From Eledone cirrhosa (Eukaryota): 64,000 nucleotides of DNA. Of the stretch, positions 27,088 through 39,990 are shown piece by piece. The notes under the pieces were generated by a model. That model was given only the letters and a program-made list of their open reading frames with translations, had not been told where the DNA came from and ran no database searches. Each line of letters starts with the position of its first letter. The first letter of the stretch is position 1. The translations under genes and the position numbers were made by a program. The stretch covers positions 285,634,001 through 285,698,000 of the forward strand of contig OZ024740.1 in NCBI GenBank assembly GCA_964016885.1, read 5' to 3'.

Positions 27088-29826
27088 GTCAGTATCCAAA
27101 CCTGACCTCCCACTCCTCTTCCTTTGATTAGTTTTAGTCATTAAACTGTGGCCCCTCCCCTACATACACACACAAGGGTTGGCAAGATTCTTTATTTGTG
27201 TCAAAGACATGACAACCTCTGTTGTGTTGGTGATCTGCATGATGTTACCAGTATACTCTGTAAAGTGGTTGGTGATAGGAAGGGCATCCAGCCAAAGAAA
27301 ATTTGCCAACACAAAGAGTTGGAAGGACTCTTCAGCTGTGTCAAAAGCATGACAACCTCCCTGGGGCTGGTGCCATGATAAAATGCACTTGGTAGAGCAC
27401 AGGAACAGTGAAATGCAGCCTGTCCTTCAGAACAGTTTAAAGAGTGCAGGAATGTATATTAATGAGATGTGACCCTAGCTCATCTTAGAGGTCAGAAACT
27501 CTGCTTGAGTACTGACTTGGTCTGTGACGACCCTTACTAGCAAGGAAAACATTAAATGATGATGATGATACAATAAGTTTTTTTTTTTTTTTTTTACAGT
27601 TTCCATCTACCAAATTTAATTCACAAAGCAGTGTTTGCTCTGAGGCTAAGACACTTGCTCATGGTACACATAGTGGGATTGTACCCTAAGTATTTGCAAA
27701 GCAAACTCCTTAACCACACAGCCATGTCTGCATAGAATATTTGATGTTGCTATCATATGAATTTATTTTAGTTAGGTTTTAGTATTTCTGTGATGGCATA
27801 TAGATAATGGAAAGTAATAAGGACTTCTTGAAATAGCTACTTTTATCTATAGAATTGATATATAGTGCTACATATAGATTTAATACAGGTGCAAACATGG
27901 CTGTGTTGTTAAGGAGTTTGCTTCAAAACCATGTGGTTAAGGAGTTTGCAGGTTCAGTCCCACTGTGTGCTGCATTGGGCTAGTATCTTCTTGTCTTGTG
28001 AGGGGAATTAAGAAATTGTGTGGAAACCTGTTGTGTGTGTGTGTGTGAGGAAAATGATTTTAAAAAAATGGGTTTGAAAAGTGCACCTGGTATATATATA
28101 AAGGGTTGTTATAACATGTACAAAAACTGATGTTAGCAAATCCTGCTTTCTCCGTTTTTCCATTATCAAAACTTTTGTTAGTAAGTTAAATATTTTTTTG
28201 TTAAAACTGCATGCTGATTCTCGACCACATCCACACTTTTTTCCACTATATATATATATATATATAGTGTGTGTGTATGTATTTACGGTTATGGTTTGTC
28301 CTGTGATTTACCAGGTTCAGCAAATAGAAATCAATTAAATAAGTATCGGACCTGAAGAAAAAAGTACTGAGGTCGATATGATCAACTAAAAATCTGGCTG
28401 CATTCTTATGATTTCAACAAGTGAAAAACAACAAAATGACTGAATCATTGAAGTTATATATGAATCCCCAGATATTAAGTTGTTTCTGTTTTGCAGCTGA
28501 ACATATTTTCTAAGTAGCTGGACTTAGAATGATGTTTAAGAATGATTTTGTTTAGCCAGCCCCAGGCCACCCTTGATCAACCATTCATATGACCAATAGG
28601 ATTTTAGACATGACCATCATGTCTTACTTCCAGACATAGTATAACTAGGGCTCCAATATATACTTCCTTGTTTAAGATGGTGCTGTGGGATTTGAGGCAG
28701 ATTTGGTTGTTATTTCTAGCACATTGAATGATCCTGTAAAGGCTTTCCTGGTTGGTTATTTGGAAAAATGTTTTCATATCATATATGGTTGTACATTCTG
28801 ACTGCTTGACTCATGGCTATATATTCTTATGTTTTGTTGTTTGAACAAACAAATATTTGTTTACATTTTACTTGCCATTCTATATCTTAGACACTATAGA
28901 TACTTTACTTTGGTAGATTTATTTATTTTTAATCACGTTTTCTTTCTTTATCATTGACTTTTTTTATTTTAATGTTAACAAATAGCATTTTTTTGCCTAC
29001 ATCTTTCTTCATATTAACAATATAATTATACTTGATTATAGGTACAAGCATGGCTGTTGCGGTTAATAATTTTATGTGAAAAGTTCATAGACCGACCAAG
29101 ATACTTTCATGGAATGACCAAATGAGGTTTATTTTTCAACATAGTGTCTGGAAAGAAACAATGAAATTATTGATAAGAAGAGTTGAAATTAATGCTTGCA
29201 AGATTTCACAGCTCTAGCATCAATCCTTCATAGTCTATGAATTTTTCAGTTGACCCTCGTGTGTGTGTGTGGGTGTGTTCATCTGTGTGTGTGTCTGCAT
29301 GTCTTCACACTTGATCAATCATTTGCAAGTGAAATCTGGTAGATTGAAACTGTAGAAGCCTATAATTCACATATTGTGTCATACTGACTTAGCTTGGGAA
29401 TTACATTAAGTGTACATGTGACTGTGGAACTCTCAACCATTTACACATTAATTTATAAGTTGGTTAGGCAGCTGATTGAACATCTGAAGGCCGATTGTTG
29501 AAACCAATGGAGAATCCATCATCATTAAAAGTATGAATTGCTTACTTAAAATGGTAATTCTATGGGTGACTCTCAGTTGTTTCAATTTTGTGATAGGACA
29601 AGAGTTTAGAAACCTATTTGGCTATGTATCTAGATTACTTCCTGGTTGTGAAGTAAGATCTTCGTTTATATACAAAACCTGTTTTCCCTCTTTTTCACCC
29701 CCACCGACCCATACACTCACATCTTCTCACCCCCACCCACACACTCTCACACTTTCACTCATCACAAGTGTTATACAGAAAACTCAAGACCCCTAAGTAG
29801 TTTCTGAAGTGTTTTCAACTTATATA

Positions 29827-30925
29827 TCATTATCTATAAAAGGCGGATTGGCAGTATCGGTAGAGAGTCGGACACCATGCTTTGAAGCATAGAGTTATGT
29901 CCCTTTATGATCTGAGTTCAAATCCCGCCGAGGTTAACTTTCTTTCATCCTTACGGGGTCGATAAAATAAAGTACCAGTAATGTACTGGGTAATTGCTGG
30001 TCTTGTGCCTAAAATAGAAACAATTATCTATAAAAGGCAGATTGTTGTTGTGTGTGTGTGCATGTTCCATGTTTATACATTTGCACAATTTCAAACCGAT
30101 TCAACTCAGTCTGTAAGAATGTTGTAAATGGTCTTACTTAGGTCAACGACTATTTATTTCATTCAAACTCACCCACAATTACGGAAATAATCGATAAAAC
30201 TAAATACATGACGCTTTACCCCTCTAATACAATCAGATAGCCTCTCTCTACTCTCCTTAAAATTCGATAAAACTACATACATGCTGCAACTTTCTCTTAT
30301 ATACGATTAAACTTACAAACTTTGAGAGAGGGAGAACGTTTGTTTTTCAGTGTGGAACGGTCAAACATTTATTTACTTCAATGACAAAGAGAACTTATTA
30401 GATTTCAAACGAAACAACAATTATTCAAAAGCAACAGATAAATTTATTCAACAACAAAAGAAATAGCGATAAATCTTTTTTAAAACATCTATCAATGAAC
30501 GTGAAAGAAAGTATCAGTTCATTTACTATACACAATAATATCCTCTATGAGGTCACTAAACCTGCTAGAAACAGCAGCTAACTCTCCCCCATATCACACC
30601 CCTCCCTACTGTCTTAAATTTAGAAAACACACATTAGACAACCATGCAGAACAACTCCATCGCAGCTCTGTTGTTCGGCTGGCAGAGTCTACGCGTGTGT
30701 TGCACAAGTACTGTGAAACAATAAATTTCAACACTTCTTTGCACAGAGATAATATCCATAGGCGAAACTACAATTGTCACTGCTGGCACAGCTCCTGCTT
30801 CGGCAGTCCAGATCTGCAATTCATTCACCCAGTGCCTGGCAGACAAAAAAGTGCTGCTAAAATGGGTGGTGCAACCTAACTTTGGTAACTTACTTACCCC
30901 AAGCAACGCCAGGCTTTAATGCTAG
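29827..30925 (+). mobile_element. Non-autonomous Helitron (family H1)
   Basis: 5' A|TCATTATCTATAAA; 3' imperfect GC hairpin CCCAAGCAACGCCAGG then CTAG|T; inserted in a TA context; homologous to 44122-45486. Confidence 0.8.
29841..30025 (+). mobile_element. Family-1 SINE inserted in the Helitron 5' end
   Basis: Full SINE flanked by the direct repeat ATTATCTATAAAAGGC(G/A)GATTG. Confidence 0.88.
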
Positions 30926-30943
30926 TATATATATATATATATA

Positions 30944-30985
<42 letters not shown>

Positions 30986-33900
30986 GATGTTGAAGGTTCA
31001 AATAGCACCTGAATGAAAATCCAATCCAGCTTTGAGTAAATGAACAACAGTTATTAAATGTATTGAGTACTTTTTCTCTCATTTGTAAACCCAAATACAG
31101 ACACATTCACACACTCCCTTTCTCTTATTCATTTCAAATATTTTTACACAAAATCAGAAGCAGATTTCTAAAGAGTGAAATTTAATAATTTGATTCATAT
31201 TTAATAATTACTAATACATCCAACCTTGGTAAACAAATTAAATAAAGCTGCAGTGGAGTAGTGGTGATGGTGAGCAGTGCACAGTTGTATTTAGTTGATT
31301 AATAGGGGTTGTCTAATTGAAATTGTATATAGTCCTTTAGTGTAGTTAAAGGTGTTAACAGTTGGTATTTAATGTAATATTTTATACTTTTTCGGTGTAA
31401 AGTAAGCTATTAGTTGGTAGTGTGGTGTCAGTCTTGCCGTAGGAGTTCTATGATATGTAGAAAGTCAATGAAAAAACTGTGTGTAATTCACAGATACACC
31501 TTCCAGGTATACCAAAGCTTCATCTAGACAATAGGAAAGGACAACTTCTCTCTGTTTCAAAGACGAGTGTTCCAATGGAGTAGCTTACTTGTAAAGTTAT
31601 CATGCTAGTGGCGGATCATTTCACAGACAGGTGTATCCTGATAGCAATTCTCAGGGAGATTCAGAGTGACACAGCTGGATCTCGGAATTGCAAGTACAGA
31701 CCATCCAAAGGCTTCCAAACAGTTTCCATTTACTTAAGGTTTAGATTGATCCAAGGCAATGATTAATGACACTTGCCTATGTTGCCATACAGTTGGATCA
31801 AACCTGGGACCTAATGATTGCAAAGCAAACTCCTTAACCATTCAGTCAAGCTGTGTCCACATCTATGCAGTAATCCATTATGTGGAACATAGTGTTTTGA
31901 TATGTTTTTGTTTAGTTCTTAGGTTGGGTTTCTCTCCTGACAAAAGCAGCAAAGTAACTTTTCCATACCTCTCTGTTCATCATTGCTATCTTCAATTCCT
32001 TGATAGATTTCAGGCCAGTATGCTGCTTCAGGTTGTCAATATGTGACATGATATCTACCACACGTGCCTACACCATACTGTGGGTCCTACTTTAATGTTT
32101 CTTCTTCTTCTTCTACTTGATGTCATTCTCAATGTCCTGATAGAGTTGAAATTTTATGATCTTACTTACTTTTGGGAGGTTTCATGCTGGCATTCACTTG
32201 TCATGTGCCATAGGTCTGCCTTGATTGAGCAGACCTAAGATCAAAGTTGTTCTAGGTGTGACCATTATAGTTTTCTTTTAGGGATATGTAGGACTACATT
32301 ATTTAATATATCCTTTCTTCATTTAAGGTGGTAGGGTTTGGTTTGAGGTAGATTTGGCTGTTATCTCCAGTAACTTGTGTGACAGAGCAGTTGTTCCCAA
32401 CCTTTTCACCTCAGTTTCTTTAAATTAATTTTCCCATGGATACCAAGCTTCTGAAAGTTTGGTCTATTCAACAAGCTCAAGGACCTCCAGTACTACCTTT
32501 ATAAACCCACCCCACAGAAATCCACAAAGCACAGATTAGGAGTCACTGATGTTGAGGCTCTATCATTGGCTCTTCTTAGCATGAGTTTCCTGCTGATATA
32601 ATGATTGCAGACAAAATTGACTTGGCTGGATCATAATAGTTGCTGTTCTTCTGCACTTATCTCTGTTTGTGTGCATTGCAACAAAGCATGTCAAGATAAT
32701 GAAGTTATTCTTGTGCTGATACTGCTATTTTTGTTTGTAAAAGTGCCTTTTGTGTTTGTCTAGACTGAGTGTGAAGATAGAGATCTTAAACTACTGTTCT
32801 GGGTAGTTGCGACTGTATCTGGGTATTGGAATATGTGAGAAGTACCACATTAGTTGGAACTTGCTGTGGTAACAAATTCAGTCTATTGCATATCCATATA
32901 ATATTTCATTTTGTGGGTTATAGTTTTATAGGTAGTCTTTATATGTGGTTTGTGATGATGCAAGTTCATTATTTGGTGTTCTTTGTTATTTCTTTAAGTA
33001 TATGAAGTGCATACAGGATTTGCTTAGTTCCTGATTAACCTAATCTACAACATAGTTTCTATGGCTAGCTTTGTTGATGTTTTTTGTTGTCTTTGAGTGC
33101 TATTAGTGTATTTGTTTGTGTGCTGTGCAAAACATTACTTAAAAAAAAGATCCCATAATAAGCATGAAACTTTTCATGCAACCACTTACAAGGCTAACCC
33201 CTGCTTTAGCAGTGAAAAATGGTCTTAAAATAGTGTATTTATGTATAATTTTGTATATCTGTTATGAATGCTGTGTACATTGTCTGTTCATTTGTGTGTT
33301 AGTTCATATGCCAGATGTAGGCATAAGCTAAACAAGCTACAGTTTAGGGCCTCACAATCTTCTTCAATACTAAAACATGTTTGGTGCTAAAAATATATAA
33401 TGTAAAGTTTAGAAAAATAGCTTTCCCAAACATTGTTCTTCCTGTGGGTCTACACAAGGCTCCTTTGTTGGCTGTGAGTGTTATTTTGTTGTGGAGACAA
33501 GAATTGTTGACACTTTTGATACCAAACCTCCTAAAGCAGACACTGGTTTTATGATATAAAATTGTTTTAAACTGTTTACATTTAACAAAAAACCTTCAAT
33601 CACAATTTTATGTAAGAACCTTTAAGTTATGTTCCAAACATCAGCTTAATAATGAGAAAGTTTGTCATGTTACTAAATCTCTCCAAATTTGAAAATCATA
33701 GGTAATGTTTTTTCATTAGAAATATGTTAAGGAAAGGATTAAGAGCATCTATCTTATAATGTTATGCAAACATGTTCCAACATCAGATACATTGTAATGA
33801 TGTTAGTGTCATATTGTAATGCCATGACATGAAATTAGTTTACTGGAGATTAACATTACAATACAGGCACACTTGAAATGTGGACTGCTTATCTGTAAAT

Positions 33901-36900
33901 GGGAGTTGATAGGATAGAAATCAACTAGTATTGAACATTGATCTAGTAAGGAAATGCATACTACTTAAATGAGATGAAAGTAAATGACAAGTCTCTCCCA
34001 CACTTTTTTCTTGTTTATTATTTGCCTTTTTCTTATGTTGGGTTGTCAGTGTTTTTTTGACCTAGTCTATTATTCTATGAAAATTGTTTTGAAAGAGAAG
34101 AATCTAATCCTGTTAGAGATATGTCTTTTGGCACTAACCTTACATTTGTAACATAAGGTCTGATTTACTGACCTAATTATTCTTTCTTTTTCTTATGTAT
34201 CCCAGTTAACTATATACTTTAAGTAGGTCAGACATATGAAGATATGGAATACTGAACTGTTGAAATATAATTATTCTATTTCTTTTTGGTTCAAAACTGT
34301 AAATATATCTATCCATAGACACATACATGTGCACAAATAACATGTACACAAACACAATTTTTAAACTTTGCATATTAATACAAGTATGCATTTATTTACA
34401 CAGACACACACACACATTGTGTGTATATATACACTAGAATGAGGACATGAATCAAATCTGAAGCACAACTAACTATATGATTTATTGTATTTGTGGTTTC
34501 ATATAAATTTGTACTTTGAATAGATTTATTTCTACTAGCTCATATAGTCAAATATTTATTTTCCATGCTTGTGATGTTCTGAGGCTAGGTAGGTTAAATG
34601 CCTGTCGTGTTCATATGTTCAGCCTTTGGCTTGGTTTCTATAGCTCGATGGCTTTTCTTATGCCAGCCACTTTACAGTGAGTACTGGGAGTATGGTTTCT
34701 ATGACTGGCTGGTCTTCCCAACGTTAACCACTTTACACCATATACTGGGAACATTTTATCGTGACTCTGGCATTACCACTTTACAGGTGGAATGGGTGCT
34801 TTTGTCCTGGTACCAGCACTACTGCCTTACAGTGTGGACTGAGTGCTTTTCATTGTGGCATTAGCACTACCAATTTACAGAGTGGGTTGGATGCATTTAT
34901 ATTATGGCACCATAACTGGGAAGGCATTGACAGGAATGGGGGAGGTGCATACCGCCATGGGAGAGAAAGTGTCAGATCATGGGGTTGGCCTTTTTATGTA
35001 CAAACTTTAGTTAAGTTAACCCTTTAGCATTCATATCAATCTATATTTACTATTGTATTTTCATGTAAACACTTTATTTCACATAATTATCTCGCATAAT
35101 AGCGAATCTATGAGATTTTGATATTATTTATTTTGAGAACAATACCTTAACATAAGTATGAGAGGTTGGTTATGGACAGTTTGAACAGAAAGAGGTAAGA
35201 GAATTCTGGCCAGATATGCTGGTTTAAATGCTAAAGTGTTAGCTTCAAATACCAGCACAATAATGAGCAAGTTATAATACTAAATTCCTCAAAATTCTTG
35301 ATTATTTTTCAAATGATTTGAAAATTATAGGCAGTGCCTTTCATAAGTAGAAATTGTAATGAAAAAGTTGTTTCTTTTGCTTACAACTTTGATTTTAAAC
35401 TATTCTATGCTTTTGAAGAGTCTTGAAAAATACTTACTGGTAGCAGCCTGCAGTTACATGATCAGTTCTTGACCAGAGTTAAATATGGACATAAGAATAG
35501 TGAATAATATTTAACATGATACAACCCATAATCTTGTTTAAACAGACATAGATATTGCATACAATTAAGCACAGATCTCTTTAATTAACAATTTCAAGAT
35601 TCTACATGCTGGAATCTATCATAAAAATCTGTTGCCCTTTCTATCAGTTCTGAGGGATCAACCAATCCTGAATTTATATGTTGATGGGTCAAATATTTAG
35701 ATGTAAGCATACTTGAGCTTTATTACACTTTAAAAAAGAGATTTAAAAAAATATTTAATATCACATTTGGTGAACAATAGTTACTAGTTTCCAACATACC
35801 AATCACTGGTTCATAACATTTATGACGGGAAGAGTGGTAAGGGATTGTCTATGCAACTCAGTGAAAAAAAATACCACACAGAAAATCTGTATTTGAAAAC
35901 ACTTGTTATTCAGTTTACTAACCAGTATTTTACCAGTTGCTGAACATTGTACAAGGTATACTCATGTATATTTATGATCTTAAATTTCTTCTCTAAATAT
36001 GTAAACTTTTGGTCCATTGATAGCTTTTAATAGTTGCTCAACAAGATCTATTGTCCACCTGACTACAACAGCTATAACCCTCATATATGCCAACTATAGG
36101 CTGCAATTGCTAGGTATAGTTATTTTCAACTCTTACTTCTCTTGTAAATGAACTGTATAGCTTCATACTGGCAGACAGTACTTGAGATAGTGGAAGCCAA
36201 AGGTTTAAGATAATATTGTACTTTTGGAGGGTCATGCTGCCAAATAAAATGCTTACACTTGTTATGTTTCACTTTGGGTCTTGTTAATCAGGTAATTAAT
36301 CCACTAATGAGTTGGTTTATCAATCAATTAATTGTTTCAGTCCTTTTGTCACACCCTGTGACCTTATTGATGACTCTTGCCCTCTGTGTTTCCTCTTCTT
36401 CTCCACTTCTTTTCTGGCTGAATGTCCCTCACAAATTACAACAGTATCTGTTTCAACACACAATTCAACATCAAGAATCTTGCAAAACAAATACAAAATC
36501 AAAGTTTAAGATAATGCATTGCCTTTTAGATGAAATAACATATTGACTCATTAATTCCATCCATGCTAACAAGGACAGATAGATATTAAACTGAAGAGGT
36601 GATGGCATTTCATTATGAATGTAGATTTGTGACCTCTGTATAGTATGTCACTTGAATTTGTTATAATATTTAATTGCTTTATTTTGTTTACTATATCACA
36701 CTTTACTTTGTAAAAATTGAGAATGCTGCCTACTCATCATTCATTGAAGATAAAAGCCTCTTTATAATTGGGTCAATTGAATGCACAATCTTTATATTGT
36801 TTTCACTAACATTCTTTAAAGTTTTGTAGCTATCTTAGTTTTTGTTTTCTAGTTTGATTTCTATATCAATAGTATTTCCAATAATATATAGGTGCATGTA

Positions 36901-37039
36901 GTTGCATGGGTAAGGTAAGCTTTGCAACCATATGGTTTTCAGTTCAGTCCTACTGTGTAACCAATGCGTTGAGTGAAATTTGGTAGACAGAAACTGTATT
37001 GTTTGTATATATGTGCAGTGACATAGAAATACTTGATTT

Positions 37040-37275
37040 GGGGCCAGAGCGCATGGTTAGGCCACCAGGTGTGAGAGACCCTACTTTTTGTTAGGACATC
37101 ATTCTAGAAGGAAAACTCTGATGTAAAACTTGCAATTCTATAGCAGCCATTGGTGTTGACATATTCTTTTTGGATACCTGTCACCATTGTTCAGAGAGTG
37201 GAATTGATCCAATGCAAGGCCTTTCTTCACTTAAAAAAAGCTTCAAGCACAGGCATCACTTGATCTAAACAATTT
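37040..37275 (+). mobile_element. RTE-like 5' UTR fragment
   Basis: Diverged homolog of 5400-5610 (ATTCTAGAAGGAAAACTCTGAT ... AGCTTCAAGCACAGGCAT). Confidence 0.7.
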
Positions 37276-38040
37276 TCATGTGTGTTGTGTGAGCATGGCC
37301 TTTTCTTTTTTTTCTTTTGCTGCAGCATATGCAGAAAGGAATCTAAGTTCTTGGATGGGTTAAAAGGTCATGTTTCATGCCACCCATGTATGAGAAAAAG
37401 GTCAAGGGATGGTAATTCTTGTATGCATGTACGTTATGTATGTATTTTATGCATGTGTGTGATGCATGCATGTGAAACAAACCATATAATAGGACAGCTG
37501 CAGCCTGTCAATGTTCATTGCCTCCATACCAGTAATTAAATTGAATTTTGGTATTGCTTCACATGGAAGGGGTGGATGTTTTGGGTGTGGTTCTTATAGA
37601 CGTAGTTATTATTAATTATATATTTTGTGTGGTGTGTACATACTAGTTTGGGTCAGGATTTGATTGTTTGTTTGTTTGGTTCATAGATAGCATTAGATTG
37701 GTTTGAAGTCACTCATTTGATTTCACATTTATGATATATAAAAGTTATGTGACAAGTAAATAGAAATAACAAAGCAAACAACACAGTACATTGAAGAAAT
37801 ATATTAGTTTAACACTTGGTATAAAAAGAAAAGAGTCCTTCATCTGAAGATCGAATTATAAATAAAAGATAAAGAGTGAGAAGAAGGAGGATATATATAT
37901 ATATATATAGTTGTATGGTTGCATGAAAAATGTGTCCATAGGCAGTATGGCGGTTGAGCACTCGATGCTCGCGCAGAACAGAGTATAATACTATAAGGAT
38001 AAGGAACAAGGATTCAGTGTTGCATCATAACATATTTAAT

Positions 38041-38134
38041 AACATATTACATGTGTTTCACTATCGATCAGCTCGCGGCAAGACCTATTATAGATCGAAC
38101 CTGACTCTGTAATCAAAAGGTCGTCAGATATACT
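38041..38134 (-). ncRNA. Type I hammerhead ribozyme (mirror copy, left arm)
   Basis: AGTATAT CTGACGA [long stem II] GAAAC ACAT GTA ATATGTT. Confidence 0.75.
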
Positions 38135-38156
38135 TAGTATATGAATTTGTATACTA

Positions 38157-38250
38157 AGCATATCTGACGACCTTTTGATTACAGAGTCAGGTTTGATCTA
38201 TAATAGGTCTTGCCTCGAGCTGATCGATAGTGAAACACATGTAATATGTT
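38157..38250 (+). ncRNA. Type I hammerhead ribozyme with extended stem II
   Basis: Stem I AGCATAT/ATATGTT; core CTGACGA (38164-70); stem II CTTTTGATTA/TGATCGATAG plus AGGT/GCCT and GATCTA/TAGGTC; GAAAC-ACAT-GTA; predicted cleavage after 38243. Confidence 0.8.
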
Positions 38251-38299
38251 ATTAAATATGTTATGATGCAACACTGAATCCTTGTTCCTTATCCTTATA

Positions 38300-38343
<44 letters not shown>

Positions 38344-38636
38344 GTAAGTCCAAAGAATCATTAGATAAAATATATACAGTGTTTCCTCTCCCAATCAGTA
38401 TAAATTAACCACACAAAAAATCATTTAAATGAGGCTATAAGTTTAAAATGTACTTATGAAGAAATAGTAGACAAGTGATACAGATTCGTTTCCGTGATGT
38501 ACAGTCATATACACTTACCTAGTATTTCTCCTAGCCTGTAGAAACTGACTAGACAAATAGTTAACTACACGGAATTAGGTACAAAATTGAAGTTAGAAGA
38601 AAAAATGCACATAAAGTTTACCAAAATTCTCATAGG

Positions 38637-38718
38637 CTCTACCAACCGGTGGTTTCGTTCAACTTTTTGGATAGATCTGGTCTTGGATAAATCCACGAGG
38701 CTCGGAACTCATCAGGAG
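38637..38718 (-). ncRNA. Type I hammerhead ribozyme, canonical core
   Basis: CTC CTGATGA GTTC...TGGAT...ATCCA...GAAC GAA ACCA CCGGT TGGT A GAG; G10.1-C11.1 pair, GUA triplet, short 3-bp stem I. Confidence 0.8.
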
Positions 38719-38904
38719 ATAGTCCAGTCTGGACTAAGATTCTTTTACCATGATTCTCATCAGAAATTAATTCAAAATGGCTAAGAACCATCACGTGGCC
38801 AGTGGTCAAGGCAGAAAGTTTGTGATTGGTGCTTGTCGGCGAGTAGGCTTGTTGAATACTGCCTAAAGTTTTACTCAACCTTACGGGAGTATATATTAAA
38901 TTCA

Positions 38905-38940
<36 letters not shown>

Positions 38941-39589
38941 TAGACAAAGTCACAGATACATATATGCGTTTGGCAACCATTCATGGTGTGGCTCAATGAA
39001 GAATTAATTAAATAATTATTAATCAGAGTAATATATATATATGTTTGTGCATTTATGTCTATACTGCTTAATAACTGGAGCCATTTGTTTATATCCTGTA
39101 AGTACCAGGCTTAAAAGTAGTGTTCCAGTATGGCCTCTATCAAATGATTGAAACCAATAAAAAAGTTGTCCTATAATCTAGAGTAAGGCTTCCTTCATTC
39201 TATTTATTACCATATACATTATCTTATTATGTGTGCCAGTATAGATAGAAAAAAAATATATATCATATTTAGAAAAAATACTCGTTTTGTGAATGTCAGT
39301 ATGTTCACATTTTTGTCATTTGGTTGAATAAATACTTCCATATAGTATACACGTATTTTTTTGGCTGACTTCAGTATCACATTCAAGAAACCTCACATTT
39401 CTCCTGCTTCAGTCTTTTTTAGATGTATTGGTCTTGTTTCTTTGTACTGAGCTCTGTGTATGCATCATACTCTCTTTCCCATTCTTCAAGCACTTTTCTT
39501 ACTATCAGTTTACCTTAAAATTTCTCAAGAAACAAAATGTAATAAAACCTGGCGACTGTGAAGTTTTACTGCTTCAACAAAAAGACTTT

Positions 39590-39990
39590 TATGTTAAGTG
39601 GAAAAACATGGCTACCTCCACAGATTTTTTAAAAAGTATTTTTTTAGAAAATACCAGAGAGCTCTTCAAGGGCAGGTAATCTCAAATGCTATAATATATC
39701 ATTCGAGATTGATATATTATCGATGGACAATCCACCGACTATTGAAGAAATAGAAAGGCCCAGGTAAACCCAAACAAGGCACCAAGGTTAGTTGGGATTC
39801 CAGTGAAATTATTGAAAGCTGCTTGAGTATTCATGTCATTGGCTATCCATGCACTTCTCATGAAATGTTGGGAAGAAGCACCAATATCACAAAACTGGGT
39901 TGATGAAATCTTGATCACCATCTACAAATGTAAAAGAAAAAAAAAACCAATTGTAACAATCTCTGTGGTATCACAATGTTGTTAGTTTGC
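39590..39990 (+). mobile_element. Decayed RTE-clade LINE reverse transcriptase N-terminal fragment
   Basis: NKAPRLVGIPVKLLKAA ... KCWEEAPISQNWVDEILITIYKCK ... CNNLCGITMLL, matching the KA.G.DGIP / W....IP..W / NYRGI.LL region; stops and frameshifts. Confidence 0.8.

Larger units (their letters stand above)
37990..38301. repeat. 312-bp near-perfect palindrome between (TA)n tracts
   Basis: Two 156-bp arms symmetric about 38145/38146, with about 5 substitutions and essentially no spacer. Confidence 0.97.

Noticed and set aside
26778-27141. Repetitive ORFs (LHLGLLPALEA / FTSGPITSFG)
   Set aside because: Arise from a 39-bp minisatellite; no recognisable domain or convincing exon boundaries
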